Below the pieces are notes generated by a model. The model was not told the DNA's origin, did not search any database, and saw only the letters and a program-made list of their open reading frames with translations. Made by a program: the position numbers and the translations under genes. 51,970 nucleotides of DNA from Nemertoderma westbladi. Lineage: Eukaryota > Animalia > Xenacoelomorpha. The stretch lies in the NCBI GenBank assembly GCA_032718475.1, contig JAUCBJ010005394.1, forward strand, positions 1 to 51,970, in the 5' to 3' direction. How positions within the stretch are numbered: the first letter of the stretch is position 1; the number at the start of each line of letters is the position of its first letter. This document shows positions 1-13,568 of this stretch, in pieces.

Positions 1-1118
1 GAAGCATTTCCTAAAGAATGCGCCATATATGTTAATTATAATTGAGCCATATCGTTGTGAGTAGTTTAAGTCATAACTCTGTTTATATAGATAAAGCGCC
101 ACGTCCTAAAGGAACTGTTAATATTCCCGAAGGTAAATAATATTGTCAGAGATTATATAATACTGTCAGTCGAATAATACATTAGGCTTACATAGCAATA
201 AAATTAAACCGTCGAACCCAATCTCCCGGGAATATCCAGCGGGTGAATGGTCGCGCACGGATTGGTTTCGACTAGTGTAGTGAATCAAATACTTGTCATA
301 GGCTAAAAAGCAATTTAATATCTAGAAGACATCTTAATTTGGCGGGTTAAACTGCCAAAGGTCTGAAAGCGCGAACATCGAGTATAGTTGTCAAAATAAT
401 ATTCTATAAATATTATCCATAAAATAAATATCCAATAAATATTATATATAAATATTCTAAAAATAATATATGCAATAAATAAATAGTTATTACTTTTACC
501 GCATTGTAATGACTAATGACACTAAATATGAAAATAGCAAGGTAAATCGAATCGTCCCACTTATGAGTTATTGGCAAAGGATTATCCAATATCCATCACG
601 ATCGACTTGAGTCTGCTTCCATGTACCAGAGCGCGGTTCGCACAACCCAGGGATCTGATCTTTCTCGGAATTCTGAGGAGTTGGCGAAGCTTTAAATAAT
701 AATAAATGTAAAAAAACACTCTTTTATGAATTTATAACATATAAATTGAAATAGAAAGGAGAACATTACCCACAGGAACACTATACGGACAACAATAATT
801 ATGTAATATTGCACTACAAAGAATATTTACTGGTTGAGTCATACAATTGCATAACGAATTTAGGTTGGTAATAGCGCGGTACGGGTCGGCAGGCATCAGG
901 GCCCGGTATTAGGTTGATATGGGTCGGTTCAACTCTGTATTATATATAGGCCTATCGCTGCTTCTCTCCAAGGCCCTGTATTGCAGAGGTAACTCGTGTC
1001 CAGATGATACCAAACAACTTCATATGTTATATATCTGTATATTGATCTTATTTGAATTTACCTCTCTTTTATAAAAGCTCTAGTTCGATTAATTCATTGG
1101 TTACTTATGCAAAAATTT

Positions 1119-1345
1119 ACCTACGCGAAGCTGCATCCCATCGGCTACGCGTAGACTACGCGTAGGTTACGCGTAGGCTACACCTACGCGGAAAAGTCAA
1201 ACTCCACTGTAACAGTGTTCAATCTGGGTAAATCTATACGCGTAGTTCGACACATCGGATCATAAATCACCAGCCTCAGAGTTTTAACATTAACTACGCG
1301 TAGATACTACCCATAACTACGCGTAGTACATCCAAAACTACACGT
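1119..1345. repeat. Cluster of palindromic CTACGCGTAG / TACGCGTA motifs, probably a transposon subterminal repeat region
   Basis: Repeated (c)tacgcgtag motifs, e.g. 'ggctacgcgtagactacgcgtaggttacgcgtagg' at 1143-1177, with more copies near 1237, 1294 and 1317. Confidence 0.6.
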
Positions 1346-2965
1346 ATACAATATGTATCTTTCAGTAGATATTCCAAGCGGTTCAGTACTAAAATAAGAC
1401 AATAAGTTCAATACATTAGACATACACCACATGTACCTTTAAATGTATACTCATGGAATGCTATATAGAGATCTATAAATCTCTATATTGCATTCCATGG
1501 TATACTGTACAGTATACGTATAGCGGGCCTACATCCATACACCCACCCATCAAATACTCTCAACATAAATGTCCCCTTAATTTGCTTCACTGCTACACGC
1601 TACTACATATTGTTCATTTTGTGTGTTGCACGTGCAATAATGCGTCATAATTTTTAGAGTTCAAAAATAGTTTACAAGGAAATACGAAATACAGTAGGTT
1701 GATGGTTCTTATCGCTCTTTACCGGACCTGTAATTTCCAGCAATACAGTGTCGTTATTCAGGTACCTGCCCTCCCCCCCCCCCCCCAAATTTTTTCTACA
1801 AATCTTAATGAGATTAGGCCCCTCATGAAATTTGAAACAGAAATAGTTTCACATCCCTCAACCTGTTGGGTTAGCCAGAAACTTTATTTAGCAGCTAGCT
1901 GTTCTACGTTTTAGCGATTTGTTGGGACTGTTAGAAAGCTAGCCATGCTAGGATTCCAAATATGTAACACAATCTGAATTTCGTCGTAAATTAGCTGAGA
2001 TATGAGCGCCCAAAAGTTGCATGGGTTGGCACCTGCATAAGGCTATTTTAATGTAAGCTAGCTATAATTACCGTAACTGATTAACTTAGAAACTTATATT
2101 TAATTGGTGAATCAATGTTAGCAAAAGGGATACTTGACTTGCGAGAAGCGAAATTGCAGCAACCATGGAGAATCGGGAATCCTGGAAGGAACTCTTTTTT
2201 TAATTCAAACATAAATAAGATTTGTGTTTGTGTTTGTGTATGTGTATGTCTAGGATATTTTTAGTGATTATAGTCGCATTCTCTATAATATATTAGTTTA
2301 TTGTATATTGATAAGCGATTAAATAAATATAGTTATAGTAATCGATCACCATCATCTAGAACACAAACAAAAATAATAATTATTATTTATTACATGGGAA
2401 AAAGGTATAACTTTTTTCACTATTCTCGAGGCATTTTATTTACCGAGCGCCAGCGAGGAACAGTACTAAACCTTTATTATATAATTAAGCAACAAAAAAG
2501 TAACAATTTAAGAATAAAATTACGTATTACCTTGGGAAAAAAGTATAACATTTTTGTAAATATTATCTAAACTGTTCCTCAACCACGCTGGCGTTCGGTA
2601 AATATAATACCACCAGAATCTAACAAAGTGCTGGATTTTTCCTAAGTAATAAGAAATTATACTTGAGAGCATTCCTTGATTACAAACTGCACTTAAAGTA
2701 TAGGTAATGTTAAAATTGCAGAATTAGGATTAGGGAATCAGTCACACTATAAAGTTCCACGCCTCCAAAAACAGAAACATCACCTACTGTATCCTTCTAT
2801 AATAGTAAAAATAACATAATTTATTTTCGAAATAGCAGTTGGACTACATTAGGCCTACAGAGTTAAGCAGAACGGCTGTTAAATAAATAAAAATATATTT
2901 ATAGCGACCTGATGTAGAATTACAAACAAAATAATAATACAATAGCTGTAAGGCGATCATCCGAT

Positions 2966-3418
2966 CTACTCGTTATCTATGTCGTCATCATCTGGATTGA
3001 ACACCGGTTTAATCGGGAAAGTTGATGCCCCTTGAAGGAATGTCACTAAGTCACGACAGAACTTATTGTCCCGACTTCCCTGTGCGTGATGGCTGTGGTA
3101 CCCTTTGGCTCCGCGCACAAACCCCTCCGGATCCAGACACCACTGGTACAGACTATCGAACTTCCATACGATCTGACTTCCTTTCATTTCCTTGGAATAG
3201 TTTTTGTAACCGTCAGCTGTTCCCGCTAGCCTACCCAATACGCCGTAGAGTTTTGGGCCGAACTTATGCGGCCCGTCTCGGTTTATTGTGTGGCATCCGG
3301 CGCAGTACTGTTTGAACAAGGCGTGTCCCCGCTCAATGTCGCCGGGTTTGTGGTCCCGGGAGGCGGGGGGACGCAGCAAGTTGATATTATCCGACGGGAA
3401 TATTTTATCGTTTGGCAT
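2966..3418 (-). CDS. Divergent class I cytochrome c-like protein (150 aa, intronless)
   Basis: GDIERG..F...CAGCHT heme-binding motif, HKFGPKLYGVLGR (cf. HKTGPNLHGLFGR), IVW, DP..FV.GAK and C-terminal RDLVTFL align with mitochondrial cytochrome c. It has a 25-aa N-terminal extension and an acidic tail, and the Met80 position is Gly. Confidence 0.93.
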   Translation of the reverse strand: MPNDKIFPSDNINLLRPPASRDHKPGDIERGHALFKQYCAGCHTINRDGPHKFGPKLYGVLGRLAGTADGYKNYSKEMKGSQIVWKFDSLYQWCLDPEGFVRGAKGYHSHHAQGSRDNKFCRDLVTFLQGASTFPIKPVFNPDDDDIDNE

Positions 3419-4822
3419 AGCTCAGTAGCTCCGTCGTCGCGGTATCACAACAAACAAATCAAGCTATCACTGTATCACCCAACACAAACGAAATACTACA
3501 GTTGCCGCTTTAAACCAAATAAAATAAATAATACAATACCGATATACTGATATAGGCTTATATAGGCTGCAAGGCGTCAATTACTGAATTAGAGGCCTAT
3601 CTAAACAATGTAGAATTACTTAATCAGAACAATAGTGCCGGTACAGTTGTTGCACTGCTGTAGGAACGGATGCCACTGCATGGGTGTTGTTATTCGAGTT
3701 TTAAAATTCCCGCGTCTAATGATACATAATGATAACAATAAACACTCTTTTATTAAGTTAGGTACATATCGCAACATTGGAATGCGGTAATGGCGTATTA
3801 AAGCCCGCTCAGCCGTATGTTGGGGGGCCTATTAATCATATCTATAATCCATGCCGTAATTTTTTACCCCCCCCCCCCCCCCCTCCCCCGCCTCATCACT
3901 GTGCAGTGTGCACTGTGCAGTACTATAGGCCGGAACTCCAGTGGAATTGTATGCTTTAAATTTGTAAAAATAAATTTGTCTGCTTACTTGACAGGCGGTC
4001 ACATCTATACATGTACGCAGTAGTAAGGGGCTTTACAGGACCAACTAAGTTTGGTAGGTTAGGTTTAGTATTTTGGTTAGGGTTAGTTGCATTGTCATTC
4101 ATCTTTAAGTTCAAATTATATGTAGCAATCTCTCTGACAAGTTTATAACTATCACTGATTTAGTCGGAATAATGTAATAATTAACGATTTAATGTATTTA
4201 TAAATGATAAAATCGCACGTGTCCCGCACTTTACAATGAAATGTCCCACACTTTACATGACTTTGCTGCACTTAAACTACTCCCCTGTTTCATTGATGTT
4301 ACCTACCAGCTTACTAAAGGCTAATTTATTTTCCCTACATATCTAGGAACATCACGAAACAAAAGCTTCCCCACTAAAAGCAAAGCAAAAAAGCATTTAC
4401 AATTTTTAAAAGCAAGAATTCTGAGAAATAAACTGCTGCAGGTATTCCAAACTGCTTTTTTTTACTGTACCGATAATTGGTTTTTCTAAGAAACTCAAGC
4501 ATTATAATATTTTAGTTCATTTTCTTGATGTACAGTACTAAAGTATAATAAGTATGCACAAAAGTAGTACGAATGTCCCGCACTTTACATGGAATGAGCC
4601 AAAGGCGAAAAGGGCGGTAAATTTTAAATATTTTAACAATATTGCAGTATTGTTTTTTATTATATTTTTGTTTCATTATGTTTTTATATTGTACATTGCA
4701 ACATTTACTACACAAAGTTACAGTAGTATTAACAGCACCAGTTAGTTAGTATCAACATTAAACATTAACTTTAACATTGTTACTGTATATTGTGCCACAT
4801 TCCAAATCGAGACCAAACCGCT

Positions 4823-5094
4823 GGGGGTGGGGGGGGGGGGGGGGGGGGGGGGGGGGATGGTTAGACTTACCGCAAATCCCATCTCGGCGAATTATTATCT
4901 CATCACAATGTTAAAATTTTAATTAACTGAACGAGGCAGATTACACTGGCACGTTGTTCTAACCAAAACAATAAACGAAAGACAATATAACAGGTTGAGT
5001 TTTATTTTTGGGTGAAATCAATTGTTATTTAAGCAAAATTTACAAATTTTGATTGCGCCGAAAATTCCACCCCCCCCCCCCCCCCCCCCCCCCC
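4823..5094 (+). mobile_element. MITE-like dispersed repeat, family A, bracketed by poly-G and poly-C
   Basis: 'caaatcccatctc...ttctaaccaaaacaataaac...ttttatttttg...tgttattt...ttttgattgcg' is shared with the copies at 12450-12660 (-), 13569-13770 and 22876-23100. Confidence 0.7.
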
Positions 5095-6997
5095 ATCTTT
5101 CCAAACCATACGCCTACAGTAGTTATGCAGTTTAGTTTTTGTTCATAATAACACGATACCGGTTAGTTGGCCGGCAGTGGTTGTCGGTGTAGCTTTATAT
5201 ACAGTATGCTTATAAAGTATAATTAAAGTATAAGCAAGTATATATATATATACTACGGTAACAATAAATAAAAAAATATCGGCCTACTAAATAGAAAAAC
5301 AAATAAAAAGGAAGTGTGGTGGGCTTTTTAGTCCTTTTGCAATTACATTGATATACTGGAGTACCGGTATACTCGAGATCCTTCCACCTTTATCACGTCT
5401 AAATATTGAAACCTTTTTTAGGTTTTTTAGGTCTACCCGTAATTTTAGAAATCTAAAAATTAGGAAGGTGGTGTTGACATGCAATGCGCCTAGATTTTGT
5501 TCCTGCATCGAATTTGATGAAATATTGCAACGTTTTTGGGGATGGATAAAATGACGCGCGGGTTAAAAAATAGAGTGCACACTTGAACAAAGTTTGGAAA
5601 CAGGGTTTTGGCAAGTTATGTTTTTTAGCACCTAAGTTTTTAGGTTTGAGCGAATAAATCTCCTTGAAGAGCTTTATTGGTCCAATTCCGGTATTTGTTC
5701 ACCCACACCCCATATGTGCGGACAGGTATAGGTTGTCCGGTTGTTCAGGTTGTCAGGTGTTTTGGTGGTTTATAGCGACGGTCTTTAAACCCAGAGGGTC
5801 GGAAGTTTGTGCCCCAGAAAAGGAGAAAAGGACAGCAAAGTTTTCGTTAAGCCGTTAATTCGTCTGTAAGGATAAAAGTAGCTACTGGAGTTTCAGAAGA
5901 TTCTCAGGAATCCCGGCCTGCCGGCGCTCCGGCTGTCCTGTGTTATACATGTTTAACACATTTCGTGATCACTTTACCCACCCCCACTCTGCACCTCTAA
6001 TTAATAATTAGAAACGTTATTGTTATTAAGATGCAGTCATACTGTAAGTGAAGCCCCTCATGTACTGTACGTACTCCTGTACAATGACATGCCATAAATA
6101 ATCAACCAAGCTCTGCCAACTGCCAACTCTAGAAGTGCAGAAGCGACAGAGTCCCTATCCCACCAGCCACTTACTTGGTGGCACATATGAAACAGGCTTA
6201 AAAATTGGTGTGATGGTAAATTTTATTAAAAAAACCTTAAAAACCTATAAAAAACCTTTAAAAACCTATAAGTATAATTAATAAAACCTAAGCCTAAAAT
6301 AAAAATAGTCTTTTTTCAACCCTGATTTGCAAGTAAGCCTATTTTTAATTTCCCCCATACATCCATGTAATCCCCCAATTTTAAATTTCCCGCTGATCAA
6401 TCACTTTGCATTGGTTGTTTACACTGCTGCACTTTCAGTATTTAGGAGATCAGTACTGTCAGTGTCAAACGGTTAGACGAACTAAACGAACCTAAACGAA
6501 CTTAGATCCTGCCGGTACCAAAAACCTAACTCAGTAACTGCTAAACGCTGAAACCGCTGAACTGTGCCTGTGGAGTAAGAGGTGGGATTTCAGAGGTTGT
6601 GGATGATGAAAGAATTTGGAAATAGGATTGCATTCCATTGGTGAGTTGAGTTTGAGTACCGAATTCTGGTACATTTCTGTATTCGAATTGTTCCGTCGCA
6701 TTGCAGCTATTTTCAATTTTCTGATTTTACTGTGCACAGTACAGCAGTACTGCAGTAGTCAGTAGTGCACTGTGTAGCGTAGCGTGTCGTGTAGCCGTGT
6801 AGAGCAGTAGAGGTATGCCTTGCCTACTTCATACTTACAGGTTTATTTTCAATTTTATTGCATTTTGTGCTAATTATACTGCAACTACAGTACCGGCAGA
6901 CCGGTATACTGTTAGGTAGCTACCGCCTACCGTTGTAGGCCTACCGGTACTGTATTGAAGACAGGAATGTGGAATGTCACGATTGCAGGATTGGGGT

Positions 6998-8228
6998 CCA
7001 CGAAGCTAAGGAAAATCAACTACTTTCGCTAAGAAAGATTTTCCTTAGCTGAGATGGTCTATTCATAGTGGGCTATTTTACTTGTATGGAGCAGATTTGG
7101 TTTTTTTTGACCGGTGAAAAAACTAGCCTTTAAAAGTACCCTGAAATTTTGCATGTATATACTACTCGTCGAGGCGCATCGTGTGGGATGGGTCTCATAT
7201 TCAGGAAAAATCTGGTTTCCATGGCAACGGACTTAGAAAAAAGTCTATGTATTTCAAGTCAATATTTAAAACTCTATTTGTAGGAAAACTATAATAGATA
7301 TAAACTTGGGGTTTCTCAACACAACTATAAGGTCCATAGCAGAGCCGATTGAGGTTAAATAGAAAATCCAGTTACCTTGGCAACCGGGCTAGACAGATGT
7401 TAAAATTTATAAAATGTTAATTTGAAGCCTAAGGTTAAGGTGTTATGACTTGGGACCAACCCCTACCCCCACTATATAACTTATTCTGCATCCGAATTAC
7501 ATTGTTCTATTTTTCAGTTACCATGACAACCGCTGAAAACAGATGTTTTTATTCAAAACTTAATCATTTGGACATAGACTTCACGATAAAATTTTACAAA
7601 ACTGGGTGTGTTATCTGGACCACTAGTTGGAACTTTTAGTGAAACTTAAATTATTCCAGAAATTTAGTTACCACGGTAACTGTAGTTTATTAAACTCTAT
7701 ATCATTCAAATCTATATTGATAACTCTATTTGTAGCAAAACTGTATTGTATTAAACTTGGGGTTTTGCAACTCATCTATAAGGTCCATATACAAGCCGTT
7801 TGAGGTTAATTAGAAAATACAGTTACCATAGCAACAAGTCTAAACAGATGTTAAAATTTATAAAATGATAATTTAAAGCACAAGTTAATAGTATTATGAC
7901 TTGGGACTAACCCCTACCCCCACTATATGACTTATTCTGCATCCGAATTACATTGTTCTATTTTTCAGTTTCCATGACAACCACTGCAAACAGATGCATT
8001 TTGATAGAAAATCGGTAATTTGGACATAAACTACAATATTTTCTGAAACTTGGTATGTGTTATCTGAACCACAATCTGGACTGAATCTTTTTTCAAAGGT
8101 TAAACCAACAGTTCCAGAGAATTCTAGTTTCCATGGGAATACAGGTTATTTATTGCCAAATGCTACTAAACTAGGCTATGCAACAAACCAAATTGTGGCC
8201 CTTTGTTTAATTTTCCTTAGCTTCGTGG
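6998..8228 (+). mobile_element. Non-autonomous element with inverted termini and an internal duplication (HINE/DINE-1-like or MITE)
   Basis: ccacgaagctaaggaaaat at 6998 is the reverse complement of attttccttagcttcgtgg ending at 8228. An extra inverted copy (attttccttagct) lies near 7038-7050. The internal direct duplication has a period of about 450 bp (7270 vs 7722), with recurrent gtt(a/t)ccatggcaac motifs. Confidence 0.75.
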
Positions 8229-8371
8229 TTGCATTTCCTTTAGGAAATGCCTTTCTAGTACCGTACCTACAAATTAAATTCAAAATACTGAAATACAGTC
8301 TGACTGTGTTGAACAGTAATATTTACAGTCTGACAGTAGTGGCGGCGGCCCCTATTGAAAAGTTTTATTTC

Positions 8372-8570
8372 CTGCGCCGAACGCGGCGCCGGGTGCGAAA
8401 AATCCTGCGCCGGCTCTGAGCAAAACCACGCCGGGTGCAAAAAATCCTGCGCCGGCTCTGAGCAAAACCACGCCGAGTGCAACAAATTCTGCGCTGTCTC
8501 TGTGCAAACCAACGCCGGGTGCAAAAATCCTGGACCGGCTCTGTGCAATGCAAAATGCTGCGCGGGGCGA
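8372..8570. repeat. GC-rich ~42-bp tandem repeat (about 4-5 degenerate units)
   Basis: Unit approximately cgccgggtgcaaaaaatcctgcgccggctctgagcaaaacca; it produces 14-aa periodic ORFs on both strands. Confidence 0.8.
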
Positions 8571-9000
8571 AAAATTTGTTTTTATTCGTAAATTGTAGAA
8601 GGTTAACAAGTGTTATACGTGAAACTACAACGCACGATTCGACTAACAGACTACCGGTAGCCTACTATATCGTATAGGTATAGGCTGATACGGTTGACTA
8701 TTCAAATTCCTGACAATTCATTTTTTTTTAATTTGGACACTTTAAATTGCTTTAATTCTTGATATTATGTTTGCATCTGTACTAGATGCTATTGTAGTTC
8801 ACTATAAAACCAAATTGTTACCACTGAGTTCAATTGTTTAGTTGTAACTGGATGGTTTTCATTTTATAAATTGACTGTCCGGAATTTGACTACGTGGTAA
8901 AATACCGGACATGTATATAATTCCGGACAATGCCTTTTATTAGATGTTAGATATTAGATGTTCTACAGTTCGATCTTTTGTACAGCGCCAAGGAAGAGCC

Positions 9001-9200
9001 TCATGTTGAGTATTGGTGGAGTTCGGAACGAAACTGTAAGAAATTACTTCGCTCAATACTGTCAATCCCGTGGATAAACTTGTATGTTGTTATAAGGTCG
9101 GCTCGTACACGACAATATATTAACGTCGGTAGTTTGAGTGCCCGTAGTCGGTTTTCATATGACAACTCAGCCAGTGGTGGGACAAGGCGAGTGGTACGGG
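9001..9200 (-). mobile_element. CR1-type LINE ORF2 C-terminal fragment
   Basis: TRLVPPLAELSYENRLRALKLPTL...RADLITTYKFIHG matches the CR1/L2-group ORF2 tail motif (LSYEERL..L.L.TL..RR.RGDLI..YK...G). Confidence 0.85.
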
Positions 9201-10729
9201 TGTTGTACTTGTCCAAAACACTCAATATCACGTTGGAAATGTGGCGACCAAACAACTGTGTCAAATTCAAGGAGAGGCCGAACAAGGGATTTGTATAACA
9301 CATGGTAAACATTGGAGCTTCCAAATATGTGAAAGTTCTTAGTATTGAATGGATGACTTGCATAGCATGGGCTGCAGTCCGTGTGCAGTGAGTTGTAAAG
9401 GTCAAGTCTGGTGAAACGAATGCATAAAAATCATCCTGTATATTCTCTTTAATCTGTTTCTTAATATAAACACTATAATAATGAATATTAATACTATATC
9501 AGCAATCAGCACTATCTAATCACCTAACTGGCTACAGTAATATATATAAATCCGACGGTCTATATCCGAAACTCTGCCTTATCCTACAGCTACAACCTAT
9601 CTACCGTGTACCCGTACCGTACTGTTCAGCATCCTGTCTGACCACATTTCCGTCAGCTTACCATAACCAGTAGGGCCTTACACAAGCAACTATGTTGTGC
9701 TACCGGTAATAATCTGTAATCATTGATAATGTTAACTGCAATGGCCCTAATTGTCTTAAAGGAGGAAATAAAACATGCAGTTTCAGTAAATATAATAATA
9801 ATCAGATAACATATATAAATAAAATTGTTTAAACTACATTAGTACTTATACTACGGTACTGTTAAATTTCATTCTACAATATAATTGTTGATTTAAAGTT
9901 TTTCCTAAATTTCAGAAATTTGTTTTTTATTGCAACTAGAGCAGAATTTAATGGCTATTTTAAATCTGAAATCTATGCTTAGAGAGATCTCTTTTAGTTC
10001 TCGTGGTTTATTTGTCTGCCAATCTGTCTGTAAAAAGGTAAGACAGACAAGCGGCAAAAGGATGTTCCACCTAATACATTCCACCAAAGCTACATTCCAC
10101 CAAATATTAAAACTGACATCGGAAATGAAATCAGCAACCCCCAAAACCCACATGAATATTATTTTAGCTCGGTGGTGTGCTTCTTTCCTGTCAGACACTA
10201 TTAACCAACCAAATGCTTGAACTTAGAAGGCATTTATCTCAAAATCACATTCTTTCACACGAAAAATACTAGGCCTACTCCTCCGCCATTTCTTAACCGT
10301 TTTTTTTTTATCTCTGTATTAAAAATGTCCTATTATTGGTGACCGCAATTTTAAATTTTGCTCACTCAAAAACTTTCTACTTCGATCTGATATTTTTTGC
10401 CGGACATCTCAACACCACCATTAAACCACTGATACGTCAGATTATCACGAATATGGAGTTAAAACGCGATATTTTTTATAAATTTCCCATATATATATAT
10501 ACATGACATAAATTTATACTCAATTTTTGCATTTCCGAATGTTTCTCTCAATACGGCCGATATATTTTTGGTGCACTTTCTTGTTTTATATGGAGGAATT
10601 ATCTCTCTTTCTAACCATCGATATTCTCAAAGTTAATTTTAAAATTCAACAAATCTAAAATGTCACATACGGGACATTGTTCAATTTGTCTGGCATTACC
10701 ACGGTTAATCTAATGAAAAAAAATACTGT

Positions 10730-10995
10730 AAAAAAATTAAAAAATTACTTACAAAAAAAATGAAAAAAATACTTACTCTTGAAAAAATTAAAAAAATAAT
10801 TACTTTTGAAAAAAATAAAAAAAATAATTACTTTTGAAAAAAATGAAAAAAATACTTACTTTCGAAAAAAAAAATGTAAAAAGTACTTACTTTTGTAAAT
10901 AATGAAAAAAATACTTTCAAAAAACTGAAAAAATACTTACTTTTGAAAAAAATGAAAAAAAATACTTACTTTCGAAAAAAAATAAAAAAAATACT
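10730..10995. repeat. A-rich ~30-bp degenerate tandem repeat
   Basis: About 8-9 units of aaaaaaatacttacttttgaaaaaaatg. Confidence 0.8.
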
Positions 10996-12449
10996 CGATA
11001 AAGTAGTAAATAGCTGGAAATCACTCGCGTAAATATTGCATATAATTACCCAATTAACTAAAACCGCTAATTAACTATTAATAAATGGCACAAACTGGAA
11101 ATTTATTTATTATTGTACAAAATGCCACAATTCCTAATAATATGCACTGACTGTAATATAATAATTCCTTAATAATAATTTGACTTCAAAAAAACGTACT
11201 AAAAAATGATTGTAATTTTAATTATAATTGATTTTAATTATTGATTACATGAATAATACTTCAGTATAGAATGCCACAACTTCCTGTAAAGTAATTCTCA
11301 ACATAATTATATTGCAAGTTAGTCTTATATTATTTAAAAAGTATGAAATTAACTAAAAATTATAATTAATACATGCAACAAGTATGGTGCTTCCAGACCG
11401 AGACCGTGTCTTATCCACCACAGAAAGACGACTGCAGATGATGTTCATCAGATGCTTGCATTCCCCCCCCAGTGCCGCCAGTACAATTGAATGAACATCG
11501 CCATTTAAAATTTTATTTGACTATTAGTTGATTGCCTACTTACGGTTGTCTGGTACTAGCAGGGCAGTAGTAGTGTAGTAGTAATGACAGTGGTCAAATT
11601 AAGTTAATTAATTAAATGAATTGTTATGGGGTGGGTGACGGCGAATAAATATATGTTATAGTACATTATGATCAAGAATGTCAACTCTAGCAAGACCATG
11701 AAGTACTGGAAATGCGTAATTGATATTACGTTGCTATTTTAGGCCAGTTAATATCAATAGCACATTAGATATGTTTCATCTTACAAAGTTTGCATGCAGT
11801 TAGTGATGGTACTGACTTCCAAAAACAGCCGTTCATTCGACAATCGTAATCCAATGTAGTCGATGTAACCAATGATAGCGAGATAAAATAATTCCCTGTT
11901 TTCAATGGCTGGCTGGTGTTTCACTCAGGCAATGAGGATCAATATATGGCTCGTGTTGATCTGTATAGCAGATAATCTTTTTATTTACGCTATTTGTGCA
12001 CCAGCACCATCATGCTCCTGTGTGCGAATATTTTTTAGGGGTACGGGTACTGCAGCAGTTAGTATGAATTGCTTAATCCAAGTGTGTTAAATAACACCAC
12101 GTGTGTTAAATAACACCACGTGTGTTAAGACATTAACTAATAAATACAGTTTGTATAAGTATAATAAAATACAGACAGGTTAGTCAATGAGACAATAATG
12201 TTGTTGTTGCATGTTTATATTTATTGTTGATTATCAGTTAATATAATCGAATTCGCCCATGTGAAGATTACAATACCTGGTTTTCACTCGCGAAATTTTA
12301 TTGAAATTTTATATAAGAAGAAATTTTATTTTTAAATTTGTCCTTATTAAGTGTTTTATATCGCTTATTTCTTTCTATCTTATAACCTATATATTTAAAG
12401 ATACTAATTCGTTTATTGTTTTGGTTATGGTTTTGGTTGGGGGGAAACA

Positions 12450-12660
12450 GGTCGCAATAAAACTTCATCCCTCTCCAGGGGAAATTGGACGCAAATAACA
12501 GCTGATTGCTCTCAAAAATATAACTGTAACCTATTCTATTGTGTTTAGTTTATTGTTTTGCTTAAATTAATGTGCCACTGTAACCTGCTCATTTCCCTAA
12601 ATTGAGAATTTAACATTGGGGCGGGATATTAATTCGCCAAGATGGGATTTGCGTCCATGT
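12450..12660 (-). mobile_element. MITE-like dispersed repeat, family A (reverse copy)
   Basis: Reverse complement of the 22876-23100 copy: gtttattgttttg...gtgccactgtaacctgctc...aattcgccaagatgggatttgcgtc. Confidence 0.7.
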
Positions 12661-13568
12661 CTCTCTTAGCATGGGGTAAACTGCCAAGTGAAATATAAAC
12701 AGAAAGTCTGCTATACTTCACACGGGACATCGAATTCTAACGTCTCGATTATAATAATCCGTTTCTAACGCCGATTGTCAGTATCGAATGTTACGTGGAA
12801 TAGGACATGTAACAGAGGTGTTTAAAATCCGAACGACGTGTATCACATGCCTTACATTCAATGTTAATTTATTTTCTGCGAGTTGTAAAGTTTTACATTA
12901 CTCTACGTTCTCAATTCTTTACATTGTCCGTTTATAAATTATTATATTTATATTTTGTAATAAATTACTATACAGTTGACTAGGCCTATATCAATTTTAA
13001 ATGTTATAATTTTTCTGTATTTTCCGTTTAATATATCCTTATTTAGTCAGGTTCAAGTTGAAAAACATTATTTTTATGTGTTTTGTACACATTTCTGATA
13101 TACTGTTAATCGCGTCTGTAAATTTAGCGATTTTATTTCCATCGCGCCATTTATCACATATGCTATAGGCCTATGTAGAATTAAATATAGCCCGTGACTC
13201 ACTGAATAGAGCAAATATTATTTTATTATCTCATCTAACTAAATAAACAAAACTGTTCAACACTTTTGCAATTCCACCTATAAAGATTTACAACTATCTG
13301 TCAACGCTGACAGCGTTTTGACATTACCAACACACTGACAATACTGTCTGTCTCTACAGTCACTTAATGTCTCATCATTACGTTACCACCTGTTATTTTC
13401 TTTGCTGTTTGCGTTGTTATTAATCATTAATTATTTTTGCATGTTGTTGATAGGCGTACAATTACCATTGTACGCCCTTCTCGTATTTTTTTTACCTTAT
13501 TTTACACTTAGTGATTGTCTTGTATTCATGCATAGAGGGATATACCTACCGCATTATCGATAAACGTT

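Noticed and set aside
5601-6324. cagggtt...aaccctg hAT-like termini
   Set aside because: Only about 7 bp match and there is no 8-bp target-site duplication; too weak to call.
8355-8591. Cys-rich ORF resembling a metallothionein
   Set aside because: It starts at TTG and its periodicity comes from the 42-bp repeat, which is open on both strands.
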